From the NCBI GenBank assembly GCA_038869755.1, contig JAWCQN010000004.1, positions 1 through 59,274 of the forward strand: DNA of 59,274 bases. Direction: 5' to 3'. Below are positions 1-10,326 of the stretch, in pieces. The notes under the pieces are model-generated. The model saw nothing but the letters and a program-made list of their open reading frames with translations, ran no database searches and was not told the origin of the DNA. This DNA comes from Candidatus Pacearchaeota archaeon. GTDB lineage: Archaea > Nanobdellota > Nanobdellia > Pacearchaeales > GW2011-AR1. Each line of letters starts with the position of its first letter. Within the stretch, counting starts at the first letter, position 1. Made by a program: the position numbers and the translations under genes.

Positions 1-9
1 ATATCTTTC

Positions 10-55
10 GGTACCTAATTAACTACTGTAGAGTTGGTACCTAAAAGTTTAAATA
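10..55 (+). promoter_or_regulatory. Promoter with two GGTACCTAA boxes (candidate operator) upstream of AbrB-like gene
   Basis: GGTACCTAA at 10-18 and 36-44 (palindromic GGTACC core), followed by TATA-like TTTAAATA at 48-55, ~23 nt before ATG at 78. Confidence 0.5.
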
Positions 56-77
56 TAAGTCAATTCTACTTTAGATT

Positions 78-239
78 ATGAAACTGCAAAAACAACTTTC
101 TAGAAAGGTTGGAGATGTGGAATATGCTAAGTGGGTTTTAGTTATACCTCCAAACCTAATAGAAGAATTGAAGTGGAAAGAAGGACAAGAATTGGAAGCA
201 GAAATTAAGGAGAACAAGTTGGTTGTGAAGAAAACTTAA
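78..239 (+). CDS. AbrB/MazE/SpoVT-family small DNA-binding protein (53 aa, not in ORF track)
   Basis: Translated by hand: MKLQKQLSRKVGDVEYAKWVLVIPPNLIEELKWKEGQELEAEIKENKLVVKKT; the V-x-IP...L-x-W-x-x-G-x-x-L...L-V-V pattern is typical of the swapped-hairpin fold; TATA upstream. Confidence 0.8.
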   Translation: MKLQKQLSRKVGDVEYAKWVLVIPPNLIEELKWKEGQELEAEIKENKLVVKKT

Positions 240-338
240 TTTTTTTGTTCAAATTTCCAGACGTTTACTTTACAGCTCAATTCCTCCAAATGTTTATAAA
301 TACTTCTTTTTTACTATTAATGCCTTAAATTTATAAAA

Positions 339-2120
339 ATGTCACAGGAAAATAGACCAAAAGATTTACATCAACAAATAAATGAGGATAAATACGTTTC
401 CAATAATATTCCTGAACTTTCTGAATCAGTTAAAAAAGAAATGCAGAAACAAAAAGAAGAATTGGAAAAACTGCAGAAATGGATTATAAAAAAATATCCG
501 TTCACTCTGTCCATAGGGATATTGCCTCCACAGGCAGTTCCAAAAATAGAAGAGGAAGAACCTATACCAGAAACTGAAAAAAAAGAAAAAAGAGTCCATA
601 TTGTCCATATAATTCCGGAAGAGCATTTCAAAAATATTGGAAAAATAAAAAAAGAGTTGATAGAGCATTCAAAAAATTATAAACAAAAACTCTGGTTCCA
701 TATAATAACCCCGGTTGATATATGGAATTTCTTGATGGATTCAAGATATGATTTATCAGGTGCCATAGCAATGTCATTTCCGTTATATGATAAAGGAATT
801 TTAGGAGCTTTAAGGGTTGCAGAAGTCCATAAAAACCTGCTATTAAAAAAATTTGAGAAATATGTTTCAAGTTACGTAATTGCCGGATCATTGGTAAGAG
901 GTACAGCAACGAAAACCTCAGATATAGATGTTTTTGTTATAATTGATGATACAGATGTAAAAAGAATGCCAAGGCTTGAATTAAGGGAAAGGTTAAGGAG
1001 CATGATTTATCAGTATATTATCACTGCAATGGAGATTGCGGGAGTAAAAAATAAGTTAGAGCCGCAGATTTATTTATTGACAGATTTCTGGGAAGCTGTA
1101 AAAGATGCTCATCCTGTTATGTTCACTTTCATAAGAGATGGTGTTCCATTGTATGACAGAGGAAATTTCATTCCATGGAAACTTCTGTTAAAAATGGGAA
1201 AAATAAAACCATCTCCAGAATCTATTGATATGTTCATGTCCATGGGGGATAAAACAGATCAAACAGTCAACAGAAGATTAATTGATTGCATGATAGATAT
1301 TTATTATGGTATCCTAACCCCTTCTCAGGCATTATTAATGTTATATGGATTACCTCCACCAACACATAAGGAAACTCCAAAAGTTTTCAAAGAAATTTTC
1401 CATGATAAAGAAAAACTTATAGAGAAAAAATACGTTACAACTCTTGAAAAGGCTGTTCATTTATTCAAAGATTATGAACATGGAAAATTAAAAGACATAA
1501 AAGGAACTGAAATAGACCAGCTTTTAAAAGAATTTGAAGATTATATTAAAAGAATAAAACACCTTAGAGAAGAAATAGAAAAAGTTTCAAATAGGAAAAC
1601 CATTGAAGAAATAGAAAAAGAGATATTTCAAATTATGGAAAACCTATTTGGCAAAAAATCAAAGAAGGAGTTAATTGAAATCTTTGAAAAAGAGCTTGTA
1701 AAAAAAGGTAAAATGAGTCCAAAAATGCTGGACGTCCTAAAAACCATTGAGAAAGTTATCCAAGAATATAAAAAAGATAAAATTAAAAAGGAAGACGTGG
1801 ACAACGCAAGAAAAGATGCAACAATACTGATCAACCATTTGATTGACTATGGACAAAGATGTGACTTAGTTGCCATTGACAAATCAAGGATACAAATATC
1901 ATACAAAGGAAACAAAGCCGATATTATAATCGCAAATTATGACGCGTTCTTGGTTGATGGATCAACTATAAAAAAAATAACAAACAAGCTTGAAGAGTCT
2001 TCTATTGAAGAACTTAATAAGGCAATATCTGCACAAAAAGGTAATATAGAGTTGAAGATCTCAGCAAAAATCTTCGAAGTCCTCAGAAAGGAAATTGGTG
2101 ATTTTGAAATTATTTTCTAA
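339..2120 (+). CDS. Pol-beta-type nucleotidyltransferase (MNT) with HEPN-like helical domain and probable degenerate N-terminal MNT copy
   Basis: GSLVRG...SDIDVFVIIDD NTase motif; the N-terminal third repeats the pattern (W..L.D...I....PLYDKG vs FW....D...I.DGVPLYDRG); paralogous to 7495..8373. Confidence 0.75.
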   Translation: MSQENRPKDLHQQINEDKYVSNNIPELSESVKKEMQKQKEELEKLQKWIIKKYPFTLSIGILPPQAVPKIEEEEPIPETEKKEKRVHIVHIIPEEHFKNIGKIKKELIEHSKNYKQKLWFHIITPVDIWNFLMDSRYDLSGAIAMSFPLYDKGILGALRVAEVHKNLLLKKFEKYVSSYVIAGSLVRGTATKTSDIDVFVIIDDTDVKRMPRLELRERLRSMIYQYIITAMEIAGVKNKLEPQIYLLTDFWEAVKDAHPVMFTFIRDGVPLYDRGNFIPWKLLLKMGKIKPSPESIDMFMSMGDKTDQTVNRRLIDCMIDIYYGILTPSQALLMLYGLPPPTHKETPKVFKEIFHDKEKLIEKKYVTTLEKAVHLFKDYEHGKLKDIKGTEIDQLLKEFEDYIKRIKHLREEIEKVSNRKTIEEIEKEIFQIMENLFGKKSKKELIEIFEKELVKKGKMSPKMLDVLKTIEKVIQEYKKDKIKKEDVDNARKDATILINHLIDYGQRCDLVAIDKSRIQISYKGNKADIIIANYDAFLVDGSTIKKITNKLEESSIEELNKAISAQKGNIELKISAKIFEVLRKEIGDFEIIF

Positions 2121-2125
2121 CTAAA

Positions 2126-2452
2126 ATGAGTCTTGAATTCATTAACTCTAATGCTGAATATGCCTTATGGACAACCAGAATTCCAAAACATAATAATTTT
2201 TATGAAGAGGATATTACTTTCTTTTTACAAGTATTAAAAAATAAAAAAAAAGAAAATGGAAATCATTTAGACACTCTTATTTTAAAATGCATAGATAGTG
2301 GTCTTTTTGTTGCTGAGCCTAATAAAGAAAATATCACGACTATAAAAAATAATATTCCATACTCCAAGTTGATTCCTGCAAATGATTCCTTAATAACCTC
2401 TTTCCTAATACTTTATGAGGTATATTCTAAAATGACTACCAAAGCTTTTTAA
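2126..2452 (+). CDS. Hypothetical protein
   Basis: 108-aa ORF, 5 nt downstream of previous stop, same strand. Confidence 0.6.
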   Translation: MSLEFINSNAEYALWTTRIPKHNNFYEEDITFFLQVLKNKKKENGNHLDTLILKCIDSGLFVAEPNKENITTIKNNIPYSKLIPANDSLITSFLILYEVYSKMTTKAF

Positions 2453-2475
2453 AGCTATTATTTAATATTTATACT

Positions 2476-2742
2476 ATGTCACATAAAGGAATTGTAATTC
2501 AATTCAGGCGGGGACGCCATGTAATTCATGAAAGACATTTTTTGATAGATGTGGGTGCGAAAAACAGAGAGGAAGCTTCAAAATTCATGGGAAAAGAGGT
2601 TATTTGGATTTCTCCCGGAAAAAACAAGAAAAAAATACATGGAAAAATTTCAGGCCCACATGGCAACAAAGGACTTGTTAGAGCAATATTTGAAAAGGGT
2701 CTGCCAGGGCAGGCCTTAACAACAGAAGTGGAGATAAAATAA
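2476..2742 (+). CDS. rpl35ae: 50S ribosomal protein L35Ae (eL33)
   Basis: FRRGRH...GKI.GPHGNKGLVRAIFEKGLPGQAL motif characteristic of L35Ae. Confidence 0.95.
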   Translation: MSHKGIVIQFRRGRHVIHERHFLIDVGAKNREEASKFMGKEVIWISPGKNKKKIHGKISGPHGNKGLVRAIFEKGLPGQALTTEVEIK

Positions 2743-2743
2743 A

Positions 2744-2932
2744 ATGAAAAATATAAGACAAGAAATAATAATAGTTCCAATAAATGAGGAATATGTAAGA
2801 AAAGGCATTCCAAGAATTCAAGTGCCTTATTCAATAATTGATAGTAATATAAAACAAAAAGAAACAAAAAGAGAATATTTACCATCAAAAACAAGTAATT
2901 TTTACGATAAATCAGAAGGAGAATTAAATTAA
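2744..2932 (+). CDS. Small hypothetical protein between two ribosomal protein genes
   Basis: 62-aa ORF tightly packed (1-nt gaps) between rpl35ae and rpl10e. Confidence 0.55.
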   Translation: MKNIRQEIIIVPINEEYVRKGIPRIQVPYSIIDSNIKQKETKREYLPSKTSNFYDKSEGELN

Positions 2933-2933
2933 A

Positions 2934-3476
2934 ATGGCTACTTTAAGAAAAGCAAGAGCATACTCAAAAAAATATGCAAGACCTTATACAAGAATATCAA
3001 AGAAAAAATCAAAATCTTTCATTAAAACAGTTCCGCAAACAAAAATAGTAAAATATAACATTGGAAATAAAAAAGCATTTGACGAGAAAAAATTCAACAC
3101 AATCGTAAGTTTAATTAGTGAAGAAAATGTGCAAATCAGGGACAATGCACTTGAAGCTTCAAGGCAGGCAATTGCGAGAGAGCTTGACAAAAACATACCA
3201 GGCCAGTATTATTTTGAAGTCAGAATTTATCCTCACCATATCCTAAGGGAAAATAAAATGTTAACAGGAGCAGGAGCAGACAGAATGCAAACTGGAATGA
3301 CCCAGTCATTTGGCAAGACCATAGGCAGGGCTGCATTAGTCAAACCAGGACAAGAAATATTTATTATAGCAACATCAGGAAATAAACAAATAAAATTAAG
3401 CAGAACCTTATTTAGTTCAGTTAAATCAAAGCTACCATGTAAAACAAAAATAATCACAAACATATTACAGCAATGA
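2934..3476 (+). CDS. rpl10e: 50S ribosomal protein L10e (uL16)
   Basis: QIRDNALEASR, YPHHILRENKMLTGAGADRMQTGM..SFGK..GRAA motifs. Confidence 0.97.
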   Translation: MATLRKARAYSKKYARPYTRISKKKSKSFIKTVPQTKIVKYNIGNKKAFDEKKFNTIVSLISEENVQIRDNALEASRQAIARELDKNIPGQYYFEVRIYPHHILRENKMLTGAGADRMQTGMTQSFGKTIGRAALVKPGQEIFIIATSGNKQIKLSRTLFSSVKSKLPCKTKIITNILQQ

Positions 3477-3670
3477 AAATAAAAAATTTTTATTTTATAC
3501 AGAGTATTTTTTACATAACCTTAGGATTATTAATACTAATGAATATACCTGGGAATATTTTAGGAGCTGCTATTGGGATATCTAGACTGGAAAAACCAAT
3601 TGAACTTTTATTCAGTATTTTGTTCATTGCTGGCGGAATAACCTTGTTAATAGTGTCCAAAAAGAAGTAA
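3473..3670 (+). CDS. Small membrane protein (2 TM)
   Basis: 65 aa, two hydrophobic segments, ATGA overlap with rpl10e stop. Confidence 0.6.
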   Translation: MKIKNFYFIQSIFYITLGLLILMNIPGNILGAAIGISRLEKPIELLFSILFIAGGITLLIVSKKK

Positions 3671-3791
3671 TTATTATCTTATTAATCTCTATTTGTTATT
3701 TACCTTATCTAATTTCGTAATTGAAATGGGAAAGTTATCCACAATAAACTTTATTAATCTAATTTTCCAGTTATTTAAAAGAGTGTGAATA

Positions 3792-6419
3792 ATGGTCCAA
3801 AATAAATATATTAGGTGGCTTTCTGAACTTGATAAATCTTCTGGGAATATTGCCGGAGGGAAAGGAGCTAATTTAGCTGAAATGTTTAATGCCAAATTTC
3901 CAGTGCCACCGGCTTTTGTTATAACTACCTTGGGATATACTCATTTTATCAATGCTGCAAATATTAAAAAAAGAATTGATGAAATACTTGAAAAAATAGA
4001 TGTAGATAACACAGAGGAACTGGAAAAAAAAGCTGCTGAAATAAGAAACATAATTGTCAGAGCTGAAATGCCTGAAGATCTAAAAGAGGAAATACTTGAG
4101 TCTTACGAGGATATAAGTGTTGATAAAAATGCATTAAGTACCGCATCAAAAGACGCATTAAATATCTTAAGGTACTCTCAAGAACCATGTTTTGTTGCTG
4201 TCAGATCATCAGCTACAACAGAAGATTTATCTGACGCAAGTTTTGCAGGACAGCAAGAAACTTATCTTAACATAAAAGGAAATAAAGAAATATTGGAAGC
4301 TGTAAAAAAGGTTTTTGCAAGTTTGTTCACTGCAAGAGCAATATACTATAGAAAGAAAAAGGGATTTTCAAAAGAGAAATTTTCTCTTGCAGCTGTAGTG
4401 CAAAAAATGGTCGACTCAGACAAATCAGGAGTAATCTTCTCTAAAAACCCTGTGAGTGAAAGAGACACAATAATAATAGAAGCTGTATTTGGTTTAGGAG
4501 AGGGAATAGTATCAGGCAGAATAAAACCAGACACTTACGAAGTTTCAAAAGAGCTTTATATACTTGATAAAAAAATATCTGAGAAAAAGATTGCAATTAC
4601 GAGAAATTCACAAGGAGAAAATGTTGAAGTAAAGTTAACAGATCATGTAAGCAAGGCACAGGTAATTGAAGATAGCATGATAAAACAATTGGCAAATATC
4701 GCTCAAAAAATTGAAGATCACTATGGCAAGCCACAGGATATAGAGTTTGCAATAGAGAATGATGAAATATTTATTGTACAGTCAAGACCTATAACAACAA
4801 AATCCAAAGCCAGAGAAAAGGAAATCAAGGTAAATCCTATATTAAAAGGACTTGGAGCCTCCCCGGGAATTTCATCAGGCACAGTTAAAATAATACATAA
4901 TTTAAATGAACTCTCAAAAATACAAAAAGGCGATGTATTAGTTACAGAAATGACAAATCCTGATATGGTTGTTTCAATGCAAAAAGCTTCTGCAATTATT
5001 ACTGATGAAGGTGGTCTTACCTCACATGCAGCAATAGTAAGCAGGGAAATGGGAATTCCTGCAATTGTTGGCACAGGAAATGCAACAACTTTTTTGAAAG
5101 AAGGACAAAAAGTAACGGTTGATGGATACAGAGGAGAAATTTATGAAGGCATAACAGAAGAACAAAAAGTTGAAATACTCCCAATCGTAAAAACAAAAAC
5201 TAAAATAAAAGTCATTGTTGATATACCAGACGCTGCAGAGAGGGCTGCAAAATCCAAGGCAGAAGCTGTTGGGTTATTAAGGATTGAGGGAATTATAGCT
5301 TCGGGAGAAAAACACCCCTTATACTTCCAGAAAAACAATAAACTAAATGAATATACCGGGTTGCTTGAAAAAGGAATATCAAAAATTTCAGAGCATTTCA
5401 ATGAAATATGGATAAGAACATCTGATATAAGGACAGATGAATTCAAAAATCTTGAAGGCGCTCCAAAAGAAACAGAAGGCAATCCTATGCTTGGTATGCA
5501 TGGAATAAGATTCTCTCTAAAGAATGACAAGATACTAAGAGCAGAGTTTAATGCAATAAAAAATTGTGCTATAACCTACTCAAACAAAATTTTTGGAGTA
5601 ATGTTCCCACAAATTATTTCTGTCGAAGAAGTTATTGAAGCAAAAAAAATTGCCAAAGAACATGGCCTTATGGAACTGAAAAATATAAAAATAGGGATAA
5701 TGGTAGAAACACCTGCAGCTTGTTTTATTATAAAACACTTACTAAAAACAGGCCTGGATTTCATAAGCTTTGGAACAAATGATTTAACTCAGTATATTTT
5801 GGCAATAGACAGAAATAATGAAGAAGTTCAGTATCTCTATAATGAAAAACATCCTGCTGTGTTAAATGCAATAAAAAGAGTTTTAAGAACATGTCAGGAG
5901 TTTGGAGTCGAATCAAGTATATGCGGACAAGCAGGCAGTAATAAGGAAATGGTCAGATTTTTAATAGAAAATGGTATTTCGAGTGTAAGTGTTAATGCAG
6001 ATGCTGCCCATGAAATTTCAAAGTACATAACAGAGTTGGAGAAAAATATGCCTCATAAAAATCATGAAAGGAAAAAGAACATTAAGAAAAACCCTAAGGA
6101 TTTAATAGAGGATATAACAAAAAAAGCAGAATATGCAATTAAGGAAGAACTTCAAAAACATCCTATAATAATCAAACCAAAAGTTGATGAAAATTATAGC
6201 AACTATGATTATGATAATTATGGAGAAATAAAGAATACAGACCAAAACACTAAAACAAAAATTCCTGAATATGTTGCAGGAGCTAAAGAAAAATCCAAAG
6301 ATGACAATTCACAAATAAATGCAATAAAAATGCTTTTTGGAGAATTTGATGATTCCACTTCTTTTGATAACTTAAGAAAAAAAGAGTCTAATTCAGATAT
6401 AGTGTTGGATATTTTTTAA
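3792..6419 (+). CDS. ppsA: Phosphoenolpyruvate synthase (pyruvate, water dikinase)
   Basis: GGKGANLAEM, AVRSSATTED..ASFAGQQET, phospho-His TSHAAIVSRE, GIMVETPAA, SFGTNDLTQY, SICGQA; extra ~120-aa low-complexity C-terminal tail. Confidence 0.95.
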   Translation: MVQNKYIRWLSELDKSSGNIAGGKGANLAEMFNAKFPVPPAFVITTLGYTHFINAANIKKRIDEILEKIDVDNTEELEKKAAEIRNIIVRAEMPEDLKEEILESYEDISVDKNALSTASKDALNILRYSQEPCFVAVRSSATTEDLSDASFAGQQETYLNIKGNKEILEAVKKVFASLFTARAIYYRKKKGFSKEKFSLAAVVQKMVDSDKSGVIFSKNPVSERDTIIIEAVFGLGEGIVSGRIKPDTYEVSKELYILDKKISEKKIAITRNSQGENVEVKLTDHVSKAQVIEDSMIKQLANIAQKIEDHYGKPQDIEFAIENDEIFIVQSRPITTKSKAREKEIKVNPILKGLGASPGISSGTVKIIHNLNELSKIQKGDVLVTEMTNPDMVVSMQKASAIITDEGGLTSHAAIVSREMGIPAIVGTGNATTFLKEGQKVTVDGYRGEIYEGITEEQKVEILPIVKTKTKIKVIVDIPDAAERAAKSKAEAVGLLRIEGIIASGEKHPLYFQKNNKLNEYTGLLEKGISKISEHFNEIWIRTSDIRTDEFKNLEGAPKETEGNPMLGMHGIRFSLKNDKILRAEFNAIKNCAITYSNKIFGVMFPQIISVEEVIEAKKIAKEHGLMELKNIKIGIMVETPAACFIIKHLLKTGLDFISFGTNDLTQYILAIDRNNEEVQYLYNEKHPAVLNAIKRVLRTCQEFGVESSICGQAGSNKEMVRFLIENGISSVSVNADAAHEISKYITELEKNMPHKNHERKKNIKKNPKDLIEDITKKAEYAIKEELQKHPIIIKPKVDENYSNYDYDNYGEIKNTDQNTKTKIPEYVAGAKEKSKDDNSQINAIKMLFGEFDDSTSFDNLRKKESNSDIVLDIF

Positions 6420-6576
6420 TATTTTAAATACCTGCGCCATCTAAAAATTCCTCATTTGTAAATCCTATTTGCTTTTTCATTTTAATTTATAGCCTTCATA
6501 AGGAGTATTTAAACCTTCCTATTAATATTGACTAAATAGTAGTAACAACAGAAAGATTTAAATACTTGAGCATCAT

Positions 6577-7476
6577 ATGATAATTAATAAAAATCGTATA
6601 AAAAAGAAAATGGCACTTGAAGACACAATAAAAAAAGAAATATTCAGTCATGCTAGTGCAACCCGTGAACTTGGAAGTGTTATTGAAAGAGTAAAGGCTG
6701 GAAAAGGCCCTTCAAATAGTGGAAACTACGAATCTGATATTATCCCTTATATAGGGATCTATGCACGGGATGAAATACAAGAAGAAATTGCAGATTCTTT
6801 AGTTAATAATCCTGATACTTTATCTCAAGAGTTTAGAAATGATATAGCCGGAATGTATATTGCAAAAGCACACAAAAATGCAAGGTCAAAACTGGTTGAA
6901 AAAGTATCTTCAAATACAAATTACTCTTCAATACTAGATGAACTGGAAGGGAAACATCTTTATCACTTAATATTAAACGCGCCTGAATATAAAGGCTCTG
7001 ATAAAAAATTTTCAGAAGCAGGAAATCTTTATAGAGAAATGAAAAAATGGAGAGAAGCTCTAGAAAAAGAAGATATTGATGCTTATATCTTAAGTGCAAA
7101 GAATGATAAAATGAAAAAATTACTTGAAAAATATAAAGGAAATAAAGAATTTATATTAGGATTAATGGCTAAAAGAACTGCTATAAAACAGCAGGGATAT
7201 CTTTCACACTTTATAGATGAAAAGAAACTTGATATGAAAGGGCTTGAAAAAGCAAAAAGCCAAGAAGAAATTGCAGAAATTTACGGCAAGGCAATAATCC
7301 CAGATAAAGTAAAACACTACCTAAAAGAAGCAACTCTATCAGCTGAGAATGGTGAGAGAGAAAATATTTATGAATTAACAGGAATATCTTACCTCATAGA
7401 TCAGGCTGAAAAAGAAAGAGCTAAGAGAAACAAGAAAGCTAAAAAAGAGCTAGAAGAACATGAAAAAACTTCTTAA
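6577..7476 (+). CDS. Hypothetical helical protein (true start possibly ATG at 6610)
   Basis: Long ORF with host-like codon use; TATA TTTAAATA near 6557. Confidence 0.7.
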   Translation: MIINKNRIKKKMALEDTIKKEIFSHASATRELGSVIERVKAGKGPSNSGNYESDIIPYIGIYARDEIQEEIADSLVNNPDTLSQEFRNDIAGMYIAKAHKNARSKLVEKVSSNTNYSSILDELEGKHLYHLILNAPEYKGSDKKFSEAGNLYREMKKWREALEKEDIDAYILSAKNDKMKKLLEKYKGNKEFILGLMAKRTAIKQQGYLSHFIDEKKLDMKGLEKAKSQEEIAEIYGKAIIPDKVKHYLKEATLSAENGERENIYELTGISYLIDQAEKERAKRNKKAKKELEEHEKTS

Positions 7477-7494
7477 ATAATTTTAGGCAGTTTT

Positions 7495-8373
7495 TTATTT
7501 TTTCTCATTATCTTTCTGCTGGCTAACAATATCATCAACCAACTTAGCCATGACTCTTATAAACTCTTTAGTCCTTTCCTGCCACTCTTCTATTTCTGAT
7601 CCTTTTATCTCAGTTGTCTCACCATGAACTATTTTTCTGTGTAAAATATAAAGATCTCTAAACCAGACAACATATTTTATTTTAATTTTATTAGTATCCA
7701 CAAACTGCTCTTTCAAATTCAGGGGAATTTGTTCATATGAGGGTGGAAGTATACCAACTGACATAAGGGCGGCCTGAGATGAATCAACCATTGCCCAAAA
7801 TAATCCATCCACGCTGTTTAAAATTGAAAACTTGCTCCTGATAAAATGTTCAGGAGCTCTTTGCAAAGCATTGTAAATAGCTTCATTTGTTGATTTTATC
7901 CTTCCCTGAATTAATAAAGATTTTAAAGGATTAAAAAATCCTCCACTATCAACTAAAGCCTCTCCATATCTGAGTATATTAATAATTACAGGATCACCTT
8001 TCAACATATCGTTCCACCACGAAGTGATTTTCGTTGTAGTAATGTGAAGCTCTTTCTTGTAAGGATTGGCTACAACTAATTTCCCAAGCTCCTCCCTATA
8101 CCACGCAATTAACTCCTGATCCCATTGAACAGAGGCGTCATCTATAACAATAATAATGTCTATATCTGAACTTGAAATTGCAGAGTTTTTTGTAGAGCTC
8201 CCAAATAATATAACTGACTTAACCAAATTGTTGAATTTTTCGTAAAGTTTTACTGCAAAGTCCATTGCAATATCCCTATCACTCCTTAAATCTATAGATG
8301 TCTTTTTTATAGGATTATTTTGTTTAGAAACATTCTTTTTTTTATCACTCTTTTTTTTATTTTTGCTAACCAT
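7495..8373 (-). CDS. MNT nucleotidyltransferase fused to HEPN-like domain
   Basis: ILFGSS...SDIDIIIVIDD; C-terminal helical region with SSQAALM..G..PP...IP..L...F and LHRKIVHG. Confidence 0.8.
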   Translation of the reverse strand: MVSKNKKKSDKKKNVSKQNNPIKKTSIDLRSDRDIAMDFAVKLYEKFNNLVKSVILFGSSTKNSAISSSDIDIIIVIDDASVQWDQELIAWYREELGKLVVANPYKKELHITTTKITSWWNDMLKGDPVIINILRYGEALVDSGGFFNPLKSLLIQGRIKSTNEAIYNALQRAPEHFIRSKFSILNSVDGLFWAMVDSSQAALMSVGILPPSYEQIPLNLKEQFVDTNKIKIKYVVWFRDLYILHRKIVHGETTEIKGSEIEEWQERTKEFIRVMAKLVDDIVSQQKDNEKK

Positions 8374-8444
8374 ATATCTCCTTTTTATACTACTGAAATT
8401 AAGTAAAATTTCTTTTTAAAAGTTTGGTTTTTAATATAATAAAA

Positions 8445-10262
8445 TTATTGCATCGGAGTTCCGCCAAATCTTGACTCTCTTCCTGTCTGAACCTGTCCTC
8501 CAAGTTCTTGAGGAAGAGCTGAAAAACTTCTTCCCCAAATTGAATGATAGATATCTGGATTAATGGTTCCATATCCTGCAAAATAACCCGGGGAAGTATG
8601 AAGGAACTGATTCCAGTATGGTGAAACTCCTGTCTTGTAGGCTGAAGAGCCAAATGCTGACAATGTTGAAGGAAATGGAGAAATCTTAAAATGTTGGTAC
8701 CAACCTCCTGTTTCAATTACTTTAGAAAGTTTATTGAACTTATCTCCAAATATCTTAATAGTTTCTTCCATGGGAACATTTCCCATACCCATTGGCAACT
8801 CTGTGTGCTCCATTCCGAAATTATCTGAAAGATGCACATGTTTCAGGTAAGGAGAAATCTTTTTAGCCTCTTTCAAAACATCTTCTTTTTCATATCCATA
8901 TTTCCTAATCATATTTATATGGCCGACATCCCATGTAGCGCCAATCAGTTTTTCAGCAATTGCCTTGGCTTCTGATTCAGAATAACCTTTTTTTTCCCTA
9001 AGGTTTTCAATAAATTTATTTCTTGTTTTTTCTATTAATAATTTCAAATCCTCGGCTCTGGATATTCCGGAACCTGCAGGGGGATTTTCAATACTTATTA
9101 TAGGAGATTTATCCTTAAATTTTTCGTATGCATTTAATGCAACATTTGCAAAAGTTTCGGAAGATTTATCCATAATAAACTCATTAAGTGGTTTGTAAAT
9201 CTGAACACTCTTTAATTCATCCAAAACCCTAATTCCTTCCTTAACAATCTCATTTAATGTCTCAAGATCATTTTTTTCAAGTTTTTCATAATTTTCTCTC
9301 ACTTTATTGGCAAATTCCTTGAGTTTCCTTAACCCCTCGGCGTCATTCCTCTCTTCTGCACTTTTATAAGCTGTATCATAAAGCTGCCTTAACTGATTAT
9401 ATGAATCTTCAAGATTAATCTTGGCAAATCTCTCTCCTCTTTCAAGATTTATTCCCAAAAATTCAGACATTTCCGGAAACTGCTCCCTGACATCATTTAA
9501 ACTTACTTGTCCTGACTGAATCAATTTATTAATTTCATAAACTTCCGGCTTTTCAGATTTAAGCCTCTCTATAGATTCGAGTGCCTCGCTGGCTCTTTCA
9601 GCATAATAAGCAACCTGATTTTTCTGCTGAGCCCAGATTCTCTGGTTTAAAAGCTGTAATTCTTTATTAGGATCAAATTCATATGGCTTATCTTCTTTGC
9701 TTTGAGGAAATTTATGCTCTTCCTGCCTTAACGGGCCAACACTACCAGTTTTTGGATCGATAACAAACATAGAAGTAATTTTTTCCTCCCCCTTAACTTT
9801 TTCTCTCTGAAGCATTTCAGGGAGTTCTGCTGTCGAATGTAAAGTTATAACAATATTCCCATCTGGATTTAGCATATGCCCTCTCTCAACAGCCTGTTTT
9901 AATTGAATCTCGGCTTGTTTTCTCTGGGATTCATCCCATCTGCTTGCCTGAGAATTAAACCCGGAAGGTTCAACTAAAGGACCATGAAAACTAAGATTTA
10001 CTCCGGCAAGTTTTGCCTGCCTTGAAATCTCCTTCAAGTGTGGATCAGGAATATGATCCAAAACTTCCTTAAATGTTCCCTGAACTTCAAACTCTTTTGC
10101 ACCAATATTTATTTTTTTAGCAATTTCTTGTAATTGATTAGCTGTTCTTGCATCTAAAGTAAGGGCAAAATTTGAGGCTGGCTGCCTATAACCAGTTGTA
10201 AAATTATACTTAGGATCAAGATGATATCCTGCTCCTTCATAAAAAATTTCATATGGTGCCAT
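8445..10262 (-). CDS. Xylose-isomerase-like / AP-endonuclease-2 TIM-barrel metalloprotein with large helical insertion
   Basis: Metal-ligand motifs SFHGP, TLHS, SIEN, TWDVGHIN, HVHLSDN...HTELPMG.GN, VIE. Confidence 0.75.
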   Translation of the reverse strand: MAPYEIFYEGAGYHLDPKYNFTTGYRQPASNFALTLDARTANQLQEIAKKINIGAKEFEVQGTFKEVLDHIPDPHLKEISRQAKLAGVNLSFHGPLVEPSGFNSQASRWDESQRKQAEIQLKQAVERGHMLNPDGNIVITLHSTAELPEMLQREKVKGEEKITSMFVIDPKTGSVGPLRQEEHKFPQSKEDKPYEFDPNKELQLLNQRIWAQQKNQVAYYAERASEALESIERLKSEKPEVYEINKLIQSGQVSLNDVREQFPEMSEFLGINLERGERFAKINLEDSYNQLRQLYDTAYKSAEERNDAEGLRKLKEFANKVRENYEKLEKNDLETLNEIVKEGIRVLDELKSVQIYKPLNEFIMDKSSETFANVALNAYEKFKDKSPIISIENPPAGSGISRAEDLKLLIEKTRNKFIENLREKKGYSESEAKAIAEKLIGATWDVGHINMIRKYGYEKEDVLKEAKKISPYLKHVHLSDNFGMEHTELPMGMGNVPMEETIKIFGDKFNKLSKVIETGGWYQHFKISPFPSTLSAFGSSAYKTGVSPYWNQFLHTSPGYFAGYGTINPDIYHSIWGRSFSALPQELGGQVQTGRESRFGGTPMQ

Positions 10263-10326
10263 TTTTATAATAAGATATAAATTAACAGATATATAAATAT
10301 TGCTGAAAAAAGCAATTTATATCTAA

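Noticed and set aside
6424-6480. 18-aa - strand ORF (MKKQIGFTNEEFLDGAGI) with upstream TATA-like box
   Set aside because: Too short to support; TATA-like words are frequent at this AT content.
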